Shown here one piece after another: positions 36,640-51,200 of a stretch of 64,000 bases of DNA. The stretch is from contig NC_083285.1 in NCBI RefSeq assembly GCF_963506605.1, forward strand, positions 34,348,001-34,412,000, written 5' to 3'. This DNA comes from Zootoca vivipara (taxonomy: Eukaryota). The notes under the pieces are model-generated. The model searched no databases and had not been told where the DNA came from. It saw only the letters and a program-made list of their open reading frames with translations. How positions within the stretch are numbered: position 1 is the first letter of the stretch; every line of letters begins with the position of its first letter. The position numbers were made by a program, and so were the translations under genes.

Positions 36640-37225
36640 TTTATTACTTAGAAAAGTATTGATGTACTGCCATCTCATGTAAAATATCAAGGCAGTGTAC
36701 AACAAAATGTACAAATACAATAAAACATAGCATACCATCAAAACAATACGAAATAATCATTAACAAAATTTAAGCTGACTTTTGGCAGTAAAAGGTTTTC
36801 AGGGGATGCCTGAAAGTTAATAGAGAATGATCCTGCAAAAATCTCCCCCTGGAAGAGCATTCCATAGCATGAGACCGGCAACACTAAATGCATGACCTGG
36901 TTGAGGACACTTGTGCCTCCAGTTCTCCTCTGGATGTTCTCAGTGATCAAGCTGGGATATAAGGGCTGGACCCAAATTGTTAATATGAGAACCTTGAACC
37001 TGGATTGGCAGCTGGTACAGGTGATTTAGCAAAAGGGTTGTATGCTGTCTTCCAACTCTTCCTATCAGAAGTCTAACTAGCTTCTGGAGAAGGTCCAAGG
37101 ACAGCCCCACACAGAGCACATTGCAGTAATCCAGTCTTGAGGTCAGCAATGCACTGACTACCATGGCTAGGTGATCCCCAGATCCAGAGGGAGCTGTAGC
37201 TGGCATGCCACATGAAGCTGATAAG
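36640..37225 (-). mobile_element. Old L2-type LINE fragment
   Basis: The minus-strand remnant LAMVVSALLTSRLDYCNVLCVGL matches the L2 ORF2 motif ALVTSRLDYCN. Confidence 0.75.
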
Positions 37226-38836
37226 AATGACAATACATATTTTAGTCCAAGTCACCTGGAAGGCACCAGGTTGGGGACACCTGCTTTATTTGGGGTGCGG
37301 GGTGCGCAAAGTTGACTTATTCATAATGATTAAATCAACCACAACAATAACAAAAAGCTCACACTGGGGAAACAGCAGTGAATGACAGATTTCTAAAAAA
37401 AAAAAATTCTAAAAAAAAGCTGCAAAGGAAAAGCTGATGTGGATGGCTGGGGAAATGATTGGAAATATCTCACATGGCAATACAACAAAGATATTGTATG
37501 AAAAAGAGTTGCTTGTTATAAACCCACCTACTGATAGGCCTTCCATTGACAAGAGGAGCAAAGCAGAAAAGACTCACTGAAATGAAATGGAGCCATGCAA
37601 TAGTAGTCTCTTTCGTTGTTCTTATTGGCTACAATGCCTAGCGCTGCAGGGACCTTCTGTGCTCACAGAACTCAGTAGATCACTTTAGTAGTTCACTTTA
37701 GTAGCACACTTTACCATGACCCGGTCCCAAGGCCAGGATGGCCTTCTTCCCTACAGCTGTCCTTGGCTCTTCTTGTATTGCAGCCCCCAATAACTTTGAC
37801 TTAGTACCTCTTAGGGTTGGAGCTCCATATGTACATCAAATCCTATAGGGAACCTATGGCCCTCCATCTGCATTGGCCACGCATGCTGGGGCTAATAGGA
37901 GTTGAAGTTCAGCAACATCTGGAGGGCAAAGGTTCCCCACATCTTCCTTGTATGTTACAGACTTGTCTGCATTTCTGCAGCTGTCACATATCTAAGTGTC
38001 CTCTGTGCAGAACTTGAAGACCAAAAAGAACCTTAAAGTATAATATGATGGATAGGCCTAATGCAAAACAGAAAGGCTACTCCCGTAATTCAAACTGAAT
38101 ACTGGGGAATGAAGCTAAAGGCAGATAAAATTGAATTGGTGCATCATTTCAATGTAATGAATCATGGTAGGACCATACATCGTGACTGAGATCAAGAATA
38201 GTTTACAGAACTTGAGGTGAACAGAATGAGCATTACAGATTCATAACAGAGCATGTATTTTTCATTTTAAATAAGTTGCAAAGGGTATCAACACTGCTTT
38301 CATACAGTTCTCACAGTAGAGATTACCACCTTCATTAACAGGAGTTCTGTCACCAAAACTTTCTTCAAAACAAAACAAACCACCAACCACTGTACAAACA
38401 CAAACCACCATTACATTTTTAATTTATATGTGGATATGATGGAGTCAAATTCTTTTGACAATATACTGGCACAGGCCTACAAAACCTTTAAATAATGAAA
38501 CAACACTTGCTTTGTTTAGTACATCGGAATTCCCCCAAGAGGGGAGATGAAAACAACAGAGCAGTGGATTTGGAGCTTGAGAGATGAACAAGAACTTGTT
38601 TGCACTTCCTAAAAAAATTCAAACATTCCATCAAACTAGTAGTTGTATATTGCCTGACTGAACTAGGAAAAACTAGATTGCTTTTGTTTGTTTTATGATT
38701 TCCCAGATTGACAATGTCTTTAGTAAAAATCGGGTTGGGTGAAGTCATTTAGGGAGTGGCACCATTTTTGGGATTCAAGCGATGGGGCCTGCTTCCCTTA
38801 TAAGGAAGGAGAAAAACCTACTGTGATACATTTGCC

Positions 38837-39993
38837 TTATTGACTTGGGCTCTGTGAAGTCCATATGCTAATGCTCCGAATGATCAACCATTCCTTTTGG
38901 CTTTTGGTAACAAGTATTCTCATACAGTTAATATCAAAAAGAACTTTGTGCTCCACATTTGCAATTTCAAAGTTTCCATTTTTAAACTCCCCTAGCCGCA
39001 AGAAAGTAGTACATTGTCTCCCTTTTTTGCCACCAACAATTCTTTCCCCAACTTCCAGAGCCCCATGATGCAAGATATCATTTTGTCGGTCTTCTGTCCC
39101 AGTGACAACTTTAATTCTGCTAATTTTAATAGGTTTTTCAAAGACGATCATATAGAAATCTCCAGTCGAGGGAGCTTTGCCCCAGAAGTACTCGTCAACG
39201 CTACTATATGCCTTGCTTGCCTCGTAGTTTTCAAATACATTCATGTTAGTGTGCAGGTTGGCAGGTGGGTTATCGGGAAGGTCAAATGAATCCTCTTCAA
39301 AGTCATCATCTTTCAATTTATTCTCAGCACCCTTGTAGGATGAATAATATCCCATATGCTGGAAGAGAGATGGTTTGAAACGTATCACATCCTTTTGAGC
39401 CAACAGCCCACGGAAATGTATCAGCAGCCAGTCACAAGGCATTTCCTGGTAGAACATCAGCAAGAAATGGGCCAGGCGAGGGAGATCGTGGGAGTGGTAC
39501 AACTTCCCAATGTAGCCCAACTTTGAAAATTCTAACGTCACCCAGTATGTTCCTTCTCGTGAGGTTATGACTTTCTTAACAACAGTCAAGAAGTTTTTTG
39601 CACACCGAACATCATCTTCTAGCATCACATAATAATCAGAAAGGTTAGCACAAAAGTTAAGCAAGAAAGCATAATCTACATTTTGCTTGGAACGAAATTT
39701 CACTCGGTCCTCTGGGTCATTATAATTTCTCTTAAGGCCATCCAATACAGGGTAGTATTCTTCAGGCGTATGGATCACCATTAACCTCCCAGCAATTACA
39801 TGATGGGCAAATTTCTGTGAAATATCCTGAACCATCCCATCGCACCAAGATGAATCAAACTCTGCCAGGTGGACCACTACTGCAATTTCCTTCAGCTCTT
39901 CATAACTTGACTGCTCAAAGATGGACTTGATAGTCTCCAGCAAATAATTCCCCTTTTTCCTTTTGACAGAGGACAGTCCAATGGTTAGATACC
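38837..39993 (-). CDS. MGAT4C: MGAT4C last coding exon: GT54 catalytic domain (MLEDDV motif) and C-terminal lectin-like domain
   Basis: Acceptor ctattcag|GG, then [25 protein letters not shown]...[19 protein letters not shown]-stop. Strongly matches alpha-1,3-mannosyl-glycoprotein 4-beta-N-acetylglucosaminyltransferase C. Total protein is 484 aa from ATG 44926. Confidence 0.98.
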
Positions 39994-40009
39994 CTGAATA
40001 GGAGAAGCA

Positions 40010-40056
<47 letters not shown>
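40010..40056. repeat. (AAT)n microsatellite adjacent to the MGAT4C last acceptor
   Basis: Direct reading. Confidence 0.93.
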
Positions 40057-41022
40057 GATGTTAAAAAATAGAGACTACAAATATTGTCAGAACATGTGAA
40101 TATAAAGAAGAGTATACTGGATTAGGCTGATGGCCCATCTAGTCCAGCATTCTGGTTTCAAAGTGGCCAACCAGCTGCCTGTGGGAAACCTACAAGCAAG
40201 CTCTAAGCACAACAGCACCCTCTCCTCTTATGGTTTCCAACAGCTTGTATTCAGAACCATTACTGCCTCCAACTGTGGAGACAGAGCATAGCCATCATGA
40301 CTGGTGTCACCTTTTATCTCTGTGAGATAAAAGCAGAGTTGATGTTTTAATAAAAATATGTTATCTGAATTACAAAGGCCATAGGAAATATATGGCCAGC
40401 AGGCCTTTTGCCTTTTCCCCTTTTAGATAGCAGATCCCACCCCAATATCACATCATAAATGGCTTTTGAAACTATCTAGTTTTGTGTGTCTGAAGTGTGT
40501 ATATAGACACATATATTAGTGACAATAATGTACAAAAACGCATTGCATTAGGGGAAAATCGCTTTGCAAAAATGTGTATATTATGGAAAAATGCATATAA
40601 AATATGCATAGTAAGATAAATTCACACCAAAAAAATGTTGAATTAATTTCTCACGAGGTCTTTAAAAATAAATAAATCACAAACTGGTGTAGACATGTGG
40701 AGAACTGACCGAAATGAAAAACGAGAAACTGAAATTGACATATTTGCTCATCACTAACCCCACTCAAGTATCAATCCTATGCCCTTCCTAAAACTGTGTT
40801 TCCATTAAGGGGGTTATGAAGGCCTCTTCCTTTTCGTGTTCATGCACTTTGCACATATGACATACACATTCTGCGGGAAAGTAAAGTTTATCAATTGAAG
40901 CTTCTTTCACCCAACTCTACTAAGCAAGAACATCGAACTTGCAGTTTTTTCTCTGCTTGCTTCAATTAGGTCAGATACAAACCTTGCTTTACTTAATGAA
41001 ATCGAAATGTTCAGATACTTAC

Positions 41023-41170
41023 TTTTTCTTAGCAAAGGTGTGCCAGCCAGATAGCGGTAGGAAACATTTATTGATCCTGAGAAATTGGACAGATCTTTAA
41101 ACGTGTGAACGTATCGCTCTGAGTTTAATTGATGTGTGGCTGTTTCTCTGATTAACTGTTTGTCTCCATC
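41023..41170 (-). CDS. MGAT4C: MGAT4C coding exon, stem region ([49 protein letters not shown])
   Basis: Acceptor ctgctag|GAT, donor AAA|GTAAGT, 148 nt, phase-compatible with both neighbours. Missed by the ORF track. Confidence 0.95.
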
Positions 41171-44100
41171 CTAGCAGTTGGTAGAGAAACAGAAAAAAGC
41201 AAGACATTCACAATTCAGAAGCTAGTATGAGGAATGGGGAGGGGTTTAGGGATGAAAACACATCCTTACATTGCAAATATATGTAGATTAGTCCCTATTA
41301 GCCTGGTTATAAGCATGTGCAGGTGGCTTCAGGTAGAATCAAGCATTATCATTTGCGTAAAAACAGTGTACATCCAACTTGATAGGGGATAGAGAAATGT
41401 ATTCAGATATGTGATTCTGAATCTGCACTGTCAATATACAGTATTACTTTCTAAACTTGAGCATTAATGTACAGGATGTGGATCAGAAACACAATGTCTG
41501 TGTTTAATCATATATTGTTTATTAAACTGAAATATCAATACAATTTTTTTTTTGTTATTTCAGACACTTTATTCTTTTTTGGCAAACAATTTGGGAAGGC
41601 TTCCAATTAACTACATTTCCCCATTTCTTCCAAATTCAGAAGCAATGATTAACAGCTTCACAGCAAGTTGGGATGTCCGGTCAACCTCAAACCAGAGTTT
41701 AACATCTTGGCTTGTTCAAAAGTTGTTAACTATACTGTCCTCATTTGGATGAAACAGTAAACATTGGTTAATTAGAGGTTGGCTGGTCTGACTAAAACCA
41801 AGGAGGAATAAAGGGGCTGTGCTGAATACACAGTCAGAAGGTTAATTTGTATATCTGCTTATCAAACTGAGATATATGATCATCCAAAAGTTAAGAAAAG
41901 ATAAAAAAAAATTGGGGGGGGGGAGTAGAATTAAATTGCATTGACAGTCAAATAGATAGACAGCTTGTTAAACATTGAAGTTGTTTAACATGCCTGGGGA
42001 GATTAATAACTTTCCCACTTTTATTTGAATATAATGATATTATATATTGGAATTATTTTCCATGGAACATAAGTTCTGCCCATGAAGTACAGATCCAAAA
42101 CACTCCTTTGAAACAAGGACACAATGTGTTTCCAATAAAACAAATCCATGTATGAAAGGTACTGCTGTACATTTCAGAGCTACCTCCTGTGCAAGTGTCT
42201 TCTTCAATACATCTCAAAGCTATGCTTCATCTATGTATATTGTAGCCCTCTTTCTCAAGAGAGGTGAAAACTGCTTTGCTGTAGCATCTCAAAGGAGGTT
42301 CTGCATTGAAATGTTGATTTTCCTTCTTTTTTTCCATGGCAACATCAATACACATTTTAGGCAGCATTGGTTAAGGCACACTACTAGACACATGGAATGC
42401 ATTCTGAATAAGGCATGGAAATCCAAAGAGCTCTATGTCTCTACTTGTTGTATAATACTTTTGAAAAAGCTTCAGAAGTCCTCTTTTTTCTTTCTTTTTT
42501 TGGAGGGGACAATGCTGGTTTCAGATTTTACACCGACTTTGGCAGCAGTGTTGCCTCTGCCCGTTGAGAACCAGTCCTGCCATTAGGAAGAGATAAGTGC
42601 CTATTAGCCAGCAGATTTTGACTGTCATGAAATGGCAGCCAACATTGTTGCTGTTGCTGCTATAGAGGGGGATATTCAGCCTCAGGTGCCAAAATAACCT
42701 AGCTGGCTTTGAATACTATGCTCCATGACTTGGGCACTATATGTTGCGATGTCTCAGGCAGGAACATGCTAATCCTGTGTCCACTGCCTTTTCTCCCCCC
42801 CCCCCCCGGGAATAAATCCACACCACCTCCCAGAGCGAGAGGACAAGGCATACAAAAAATACTTCTCTTCCACCTCACACTTTTTACTTACTTAGAGAGG
42901 GCAGGTGAAAAGGTAGCAACACCAAGGAGGTGGAGCAACAGAAGACTCTAGGTTGAGGGGTCATTCCTGGACAATGTGCCTTGGCAATGTCCCAACTGTG
43001 CCAACTCCTGACACCATCCCACATATAATCTTCCCTGGCATTCTTATCTTACCATTTTGCCCTTGGATAACTGAGCATCTTTATCACTGCTCCCACCACC
43101 TTGACATGATTATTTAGAGGGCTAAGGATTTAACAGATCCATGGAATCTCTGTATTATTCTTTTTCTCATGAATTTGAATTTATGAGAAAGGAAGCTCTC
43201 AAAAATGTATGTAGCTTTCCTGTAGTCCAGGAAGAAGAATAACAAAAGCGACAAGTTTCAACATCCTAATATATAGGCTAAGCTCAGATGTAACATGAAA
43301 CCATGGTCTGTTTAGCTAAATTGTGGTTTGTTTTAACATTTGAGCTTCAGTCTACTCACAAACTGTGGTTTGTTTGGCACTGACAATGCAGGATCTGCAA
43401 CCATGGTCTGAAGCTAGTTTGCAAGTCATAGGTTGTACCATAGATATATTAACAAAAACCACCAAGTGTCTCTAGATCATAGCTTATCTGAAAGTTCAGA
43501 CCATGATGTGTGACCTTAACTATGGTGAGTACAAAACATTACTTCTCATTATGTCTAATCTCAGACACTGAATGAACCATAAAATCTCAGAAGAACTAGA
43601 CAAACACAGCGGAGGCTCAGCAATGAGATGTGCCAAATTTGTTTTGAAAGATACAATGGAGGAAAAACACATTTTAATTTAAAGAAGTCAAATAAAGCAC
43701 AATACATCATGCCATCTGGGAAGTTCACAAAAAGATCTAAAGACAAGCAAAACAGAAACAGCATAAGCCACAATAAATTAAAAAATCCCAGATATGTATC
43801 TATGGGGTTTTGAAGCAATTAGCAAATCAAAGGAGGCATCAGCCAGATTGACAGAAAATATGGTATAAGCCACATCACATCTAATCACAAGTTAGGGGTT
43901 GTTAATAAATAAAATCCCGCCCACAATCTTAATGCAGATGGTGCCACAAAAAGAAGCCATATATCAAAAGCTGAGCAGAACACAAAAAATAAAAAAGACC
44001 AACTGTTGGATTCTCTTACTTGGAAATATCTTGTTGACTGAAGCCTGAACAGCCATATAAAAAAGTGAATGCTTTCTGTGGTATTTTAATAGCAAGGAAT

Positions 44101-44776
44101 TGTGTAATCAATTGGAAAAGCAATTTATTTACTTTGCCCAGTTCTTCTAAGTTGGGAGAATCCTCCTCTCAAAGTCATCTTGGGTGGGCAAATGTGGAGG
44201 ACAAACCACAGCCCATCCATTTCATACTCTCTTTTTTCTGTGGGTTTCCAGAAGCAGCTGGCTGGATGCCATTGGAAAGAGAATAGATGGACCTTTGGTC
44301 AGAGCCAACATGGCCGTTTGTTCTCCCCCCACACACACCTAGGAAGCGGCTGAAGGATTCTAAATGACTCCAGCTGAAGACAAACCAGAACTGTTTGTTT
44401 GCAGTTTCAGCATCCAGTATCCTGAAACCTTCCACCCCTTTCCCCTGGCCAACATTGCTAGACCTTTGGGCAGATTCCATCTTTTTCTGAACTCAAGATG
44501 TGCAGCATGGTCGATGTTTCAGTGCTTCACATTTGCTCAATAAATCATGCAGAAATGAAGAAAAGGCTCCAACAGGCAATGCTATCATTGCTTTCAGGCC
44601 CATCTCTTCAGCAAATAAATAAATCGTTCACTCTGTCTCACAGCCCACAAACAGTTCCGCAATCCCTTTGGATTTTATGACTCACAGGCGAGGACAATGC
44701 CCACCCTCACATACCTGTATTTGTTTTTGTTATCCAATAGTTTTAAAGGGTAGTTTGTTCCATACACCAAACTTAC

Positions 44777-44926
44777 CAAGACATAGCTATCTTCAATGTA
44801 TAAATTCATGAACAACAAGCAGATGACAAGGACTCCTAGGAAGGAAACTGCAGATCGCTTTCTCAAGCATCTCATTTTGTCCAGATAATTCAGTGTGAAT
44901 CTCATATGGAGAAAGGCATAGGGCAT
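44777..44926 (-). CDS. MGAT4C: MGAT4C coding exon with cytoplasmic tail and TM anchor ([10 protein letters not shown]...[12 protein letters not shown]); exon starts at 44929
   Basis: Acceptor ttctcccttag|GAGATG, donor TTG|GTAAGT. [36 protein letters not shown] matches the human MGAT4C N-terminus. Confidence 0.95.
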
Positions 44927-45145
44927 CTCCTAAGGGAGAAAAAAACATATGGAAATTTGGTTTTCTATAAGCTCTTGTGGGAAACAATTGGTAAGGTGAA
45001 ATTTTAAAAACACTACAAAACTTTTGCTCCTCAGAATTTCTTACATCTCTTCACGTCTTTATCAGCTGCTTCATGTCATATAAGAAATCATAAACTGAAT
45101 TTCATAGCCTAATGTTTACAAACATGGAACAGCTTGGCATATGAA

Positions 45146-45203
<58 letters not shown>
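45146..45203. repeat. (AAT)n microsatellite
   Basis: Direct reading. Confidence 0.93.
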
Positions 45204-48200
45204 TCCAGTGTAAAGACATCACACCAATTTCTTACTGATCTCTTTCAAATATAGCCTGTGTCTAAAACACTGTGCCATCGTTTTAAAAAATGGATGGCAC
45301 CATACCCATTACACAAGGTGGTTTTCAAGAAACATACACAATTCACTAGGTGTGCAGAGCTTTTGGCCATCCAAATGTTGTTGAAGTACCATTTGCATCA
45401 CCCCTGACTATTGACCATGCTTGTTAGGGCTGATAGGAATTGAATGATATTGCTAAATATCATAAAATAATGAATGAATTGGACAAGGCTTGGCCAAAAA
45501 CACTTCAAAATGCCATAAACCGTAGCAGCAGAACATGCAATTAAAAGCCTGAAAAAAATAGATAGGTTTGTAAAACTTTCTTTAAAATCAGAAGCTAGTT
45601 CCTTTTTTTTTTGGAAGGGAATCCCACAGGATAGAAGCCACCACTAAGAAGGTCTTACTAGTGGAGGTAACAAATTTCACACACATTCTTTTCTTGCTCC
45701 CTCTGTGAAAGGAAGAACATGCAGGACACAGATATTCCATGTCTGCACCAGAGTAATAATAACAAAATACTACCAACATTTATGTGACTCCAATCTAAAA
45801 TCGTTTACTCATCTCTACAAAATTTAGTCAAATTGCATGGGCCTGAACCTAGACTGTAGTGTTGGGAATCGATTAGTGAATGTTTGATAGCAGGGAAGAA
45901 AACAGTAAGAATGCAAAGAAGGCATGGCAAGCACAAATGCCACAAATGAAGTGGAAGTTTTGCCTTAAGAATGTTTATAGTTGGTGACAAAAACGCTAGT
46001 AGTTTTCTGCTTTTAAAATCCAGCTTTCATTGATCTCTCTCACATGATTCCACCTGAAGTAGGTCACGTTACCCTACAATAGCAGGGTTAGTCCCATAAC
46101 AAGTTCGAAACTCCACGCAAGAGACCTGAAGCTGTTCAGGGTGCTGTCAGGGTGCTTCAGGATGAGAGGTGAAAATTGCAAATGCTTCACTAAGATATCA
46201 CACTGGTGAGTCTTAAAACTGTATTTGGATTTTCCCTGGAAAGGGTAAATCTGAATAAAATTGGCTGCGGCGAATAGGAAACGGCATTCTGATGGCAACA
46301 ATGTTGTGTGGACACTTAAAAAACAAACAAACTCGTATGCATGAAGAACACCACAGTCCCAGAATTATAACCCACCCAGAGGCCTCAGTTGCATGTTCAT
46401 ATATAAGTCTTTAACAAGACCTACACAAAGCAGCCTTCAGAAATCTACAGATATTTATTGGGAGGTGGGAATGCAGCCAATGATTTGTTTCGAAGAGCTA
46501 CATCTGAAAAGAAAATGATCAGATACAACTGGAAAATTCAGGGCTTAAATAAATAAATGAATGAAATGCTTGAGCCGTACCAAGGATGTATTGAAACAGT
46601 AATGTCATAGCTGTGGCGCAGCGTAATGTTGCATGTGTCAAAAAACTTAGTTGTACTTTTATAATCACTAGATGGCAGCATGGATACTTTCCTAGCTCTG
46701 TTTGCCCTTCTGCTTTTTTCCCATTAGGTTATCTAAATGCATCACCTGTTTTTCGTTTTAGCACACTTAGGGCCAAATCCGACCTAACACTTTTCCATAT
46801 GAAAAGTTTATATCGGAATCCCAAACCCACATGGATCTTTTTCTTTTTCTTTTTTATTTGCTGTTGGTGAGGAGGAAAACCTGAAAGAATAAGATGAAAA
46901 TTGTCTCTTTCTGCTCCTAAAGGCATGCATCCCATCTCAAGTAATGAGATGACTATGTATTAAACAGAAAAAGTGAAACATGGGATAATTAACATTTCCT
47001 TTGAATTTTCTATTCTTTTTTTTAAAAAAAATAAATTCACAAATTGCAACAAGGCGGAAAGCACAGACAAAGAAAAGAAAAAGACTCTGAGTAGAGGAAG
47101 GGTGTGTGGGTTAAGAAAAATGGAAATGTTAATTTGCTCCTGCACTTGGGAATAAAGGGACAAAGACAATGAGAATGAGTTAAACTAAGGAACACAAGTT
47201 AATTAATTAATTTGGGCTGCAATGCTAAAGCTGTCCAAAGATGAAGAGCAGTTTGATGTGGCCTAAGTGCATGATTGGGAACATAATTTTGCTGTTAAGT
47301 TCATGCCAAAAGAAAAATAAGCACAAGGCAACCCCAGCCAGTTTTAAAATAACATGCACATTTAGAATGTCTCCTGGTGTTCTTGGCTTGGCCTTCTGTT
47401 TTAAAAAAAGACTTGACTGGTAAAGAGTTGGAGCTGGAAAGCATAAACTCTACATAGCACTGACATGCACTATTTGTGTTGCTCTGGATTGTATATCTTT
47501 ACAATTTATGGCTCAATTGTTGCTCTGCCTCGCTGACACACTGGTGGTATTTAGGCGTTGATCATGTCAAAGTCCCATCCTCATCACTCAAGTAAGAGAG
47601 CAACTTTTCTACTGGTTCTTCAGTACTTCACCACTACTCAGCCACACTAGCACATCAGCAACCTGGATTCCTTCAAAGCTCCTACATTAACAGTCCTTTT
47701 TTGTCACATATTTAGGACCATTAGTGTAGCTCTCTGTCCTTTTATCCAGAATTAAAGGGAAATGTGGCTATTCAAGGGAAATATAGAGGTGGTTTTTTTG
47801 GAGGGGGGGTTTCCCCAATGGAAACAGGGCCCAAGTTTTCAATCTCTTCCTACTTGTGCACCACATTAAACATAGTGACATCCAAAGATGGGTCTGCCCA
47901 TGATGTTGTCGAGGAAACATTGCTTTCTTGCGGTGTCATGTGTGAGGTGGGCTTGTTTTTATCCCTGGGGAGCAGACCTGAATGGAGACCTTGTTGGACC
48001 CAGTCACACCCACCCGTCAGGAGGCCTGCCTGCCCTTCAGCCAGTTGTGCAGGCAGGCTAAATTCAAGATATCCAATTGGAATAAGTTAGCTGTGACATC
48101 GTCCAATGGCAGGGATTCCTGTCTGTTCTGGCTGCTGTGGCTGTGAGCTGGCCTTGTCCCTCAAAACCACTCTCTCTTCGTGGCAATTTGCCATGCGCCA

Positions 48201-51200
48201 CATGCAGCTGGTGGTGGGGCTGAATCCAACAGTGGGCAGGGTGAAAGCAGGGATGCAGTGGGGAGGCTTCCAGAGGGGCATGAATTTTTGAGAGGGTGTG
48301 AAGCAGGCACCCACACGCAGGCACCCCCAGCGTGGCCCAGTGCTCCTTTCCCAGGCGTTGGAGGAACCAACGCTCAGAAAGAAGGACACGAGGATGGGCC
48401 ACACTAGGGGTGCAGGCATTGGGGGTGGCAGATCACACCCGCCAAGTACAGCATCAGCTGGTCAGTCTCCCGCCTGCACCAGAAGAGCAGTAGCAGTGCC
48501 AGGAGCAGCAGGATCCAAGCCAGTGGCTCTGTGAACAGCAGCAGTGCTTTGCCTCCTCTCCTCTCAGTGGCCTTGTGCTTCTGGATTCCAGTTGGAGGAG
48601 AGCATTGCTCTTGATTTTTGAGGGGGCTCTGGAATGGGGGTGCCTGCAGTCAGCAGTGAGGGCTGGAGTGTTGTGACTGGCCCCTTCACTCTCTGTGCCC
48701 TGCCCCCCCTCCCAGTGTGTGTGAACCTTCTGTTCAGAGGAAACAGTTACTTGGGGGCTTGGGAATCTAAGACATTGCTTTCTTAACCCCTTGCTGCTTC
48801 TGTCATTTCCTCCCTGTCCACCGCATTTTAATTCCTATGTTAATCACATGGGCTACCCCAGCCAACCAATGATCAAATAGCAAATGAGGTGGTGTTACAA
48901 TGCTACACATCCATTCATCTTGGCCATGTGATGATGTCAGTGAAGGCAAACAAAGTCCATTGGGAGTAAGAGCACTAGAAGCCGAAGCCATCAATCTCAT
49001 CCATGATTCCAGTCAAGTGGGTATCACACCGTAACTGAATGCCATCACAAAGCTATGTGGTCAATTGTATTGGCCTGCCTAACAATGCCCCTGAAGACAA
49101 ACAAACCCAACTAAGAAAGAAACTGAGAAGAAGCTGGAACAAGGCTGCAAACACAGTCACAGACACTGTGGGAAATTGTCAGAAGGGTGTGGGGCTTTTG
49201 ATGCAGCTCAACATTTGTACAAAATAATTGGTTTTGTCTTAACCCTGCTTAATTACCAGCATCAAGAATCCTAGCACTGCAGTCCTAAGCATACTAATTT
49301 GGAAGTAGCATTGCATTGATGGAAATTGTTCTGAGGTAAACACGGTTAGGATTGGGCTGTAAAACGAATAGCAAGCATCATTTAGCTTTAATAAATACTC
49401 ATCAAAAGCAAGTGGCATGTCCCACCTACGAAATCATTCAGAGACTGTTGCAGTACTTGTGAACTTGCTTACAGTACTTTGCAAATTCTTCTTCTTGAAA
49501 TAGTATCAACCTATTGCACTTGTCAGCAGCTATGGTCGCCTTCCTTTGTGCTTGGCCAATTTATGTTTCAACTTTTGCTCTTAAAAGACTGCACACGATG
49601 CCCTCGGGGTTATGCTCTATCTCACCTTCACCAACTGACAACTCCAGACAGTGGGAGGATGCTAAAAAATACCCACCTGAGCAACACAATCCTTCGCAAG
49701 GAAAATAGGAAATGTACATGAAGGTGTTCAATATTCTGCCATAGTCTTTCCATAATATATGCATTTACAAATATAGGACCTAATTTTTCAGCTATTGTTG
49801 GCATTGAACTGGAAATGAAGGCAAATTAAACATGTAGACTTCCAGTAAACTTACTCTTTGTCCCATGGAGAAAGCTTGATAATATTTATCAGCAAGGAGC
49901 AGAACATTTGTTACCAATATACAACAGACAGGAAAATGTCATCAAGTGACTAAGAAGAAACGTGTTATGGGAATAATGCCAGAAAATGTAGGGATGAGTG
50001 GATTATTTCTGCCCCCGAATAGAAGCAGTGCCAGGAGTTTATTCTGTTAATGGTAGAAGCATTAAAAAGTGAACTGAGGGCAGACACCTTCCTAAAGTCC
50101 ACATTCTCATTTACTTCGAAGTTCTTTACCCATTTTGAAGTGTAATCTTTATTTGCAGACACCACTACACTTTGTCACTCTTTTAATTGCCTTTGCGCAC
50201 ATCTTTCATCTGACATTTTAATTGATTTGCCTTTCATTGATTGTCATGTGCATATGTCATCTTCTATTCTATCCTTATTTTAAGGGCACGGAGCATTTAT
50301 AAAATCACCCCTAAGGAATGAGTCACACCAAAAACGAATGATCACAACACCTGTCAACACTTCCCATAAATTAGCTTTACAATTGCTCTACAACTACAAC
50401 CTTTTCAAGAGCCAGCACTCAAATCCTGTGCTGGGTGGGGCTTGACACTTAACCCAGTTCCATTACTGCAGACTATAGTCCCGGGCACGGAACTCTCCTT
50501 CAAAGAAAGAACAAAAATGTAGGATCCCCAACTCTGAGTGCATGCGACAAAATGAGGTAACTGCCGCCGGTGGCAGGATCCACATGGGCAGCAGATCGCG
50601 CCTCCAGTAAATGTTTCACCTGCTGCTACTGAAGCCGTCAGATGAGCCTACTTACTCCTTGGCATGCCCCTCGTGCTACTTCTACAGCAGCCTCTTGGTG
50701 AATAGGAGGGGCTACTGGTCTCCTCCCACTCTTGTTCCTGATGTAGATCTTCACTCACACCTTCTTCCCAGGGGAGGGGAGGGCGGAAAACACCCTTCTT
50801 TTTTGTTCACCTCATGTGCCATAATATTGGGCCGGCCCTCATCATTGTAGCTGTAGTGATTCGTTCTAGAAGCTTCACATATTTATTTCTCCATAGTAAA
50901 GCTAAATTAAGCTGACGTTTGGGGCAATGAAATCCATTTTACAATTATGCACTCCCTGCCCTTGCAGAAACCAAGCCAATCCTATTGTACTCCATCTGAT
51001 TGCACAAGAGATGATCCAGTGTCATCTGTTCAACGAATATACTTAATAGTTATCAGTTTAATGAGTCCAGTGTAGAACCTATTATTTTTAAACAGACACC
51101 ACCAAGATAAATTTGGTATGCATTACATCCACACAGAATTGAATATATTCCACATTAAACAAGTGTGCAAGAGAGTCAGCACTTTGAAAGCGATTTACAT

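Noticed and set aside
37285-38423. MGAT4C poly(A) signal (ATTAAA complement at 38418-38423 or AATAAA complement at 37285-37290)
   Set aside because: Both are plausible, but the sequence alone cannot tell which, if either, is used.
38865-39289. Plus-strand ORFs antisense to MGAT4C
   Set aside because: Shadow ORFs of the coding strand with no recognisable homology.
47764-48700. Cluster of overlapping ORFs in a GC-rich patch
   Set aside because: No recognisable protein motifs or splice structure; likely degraded repeat with few stop codons because of GC content. The same applies to 60144-60789.
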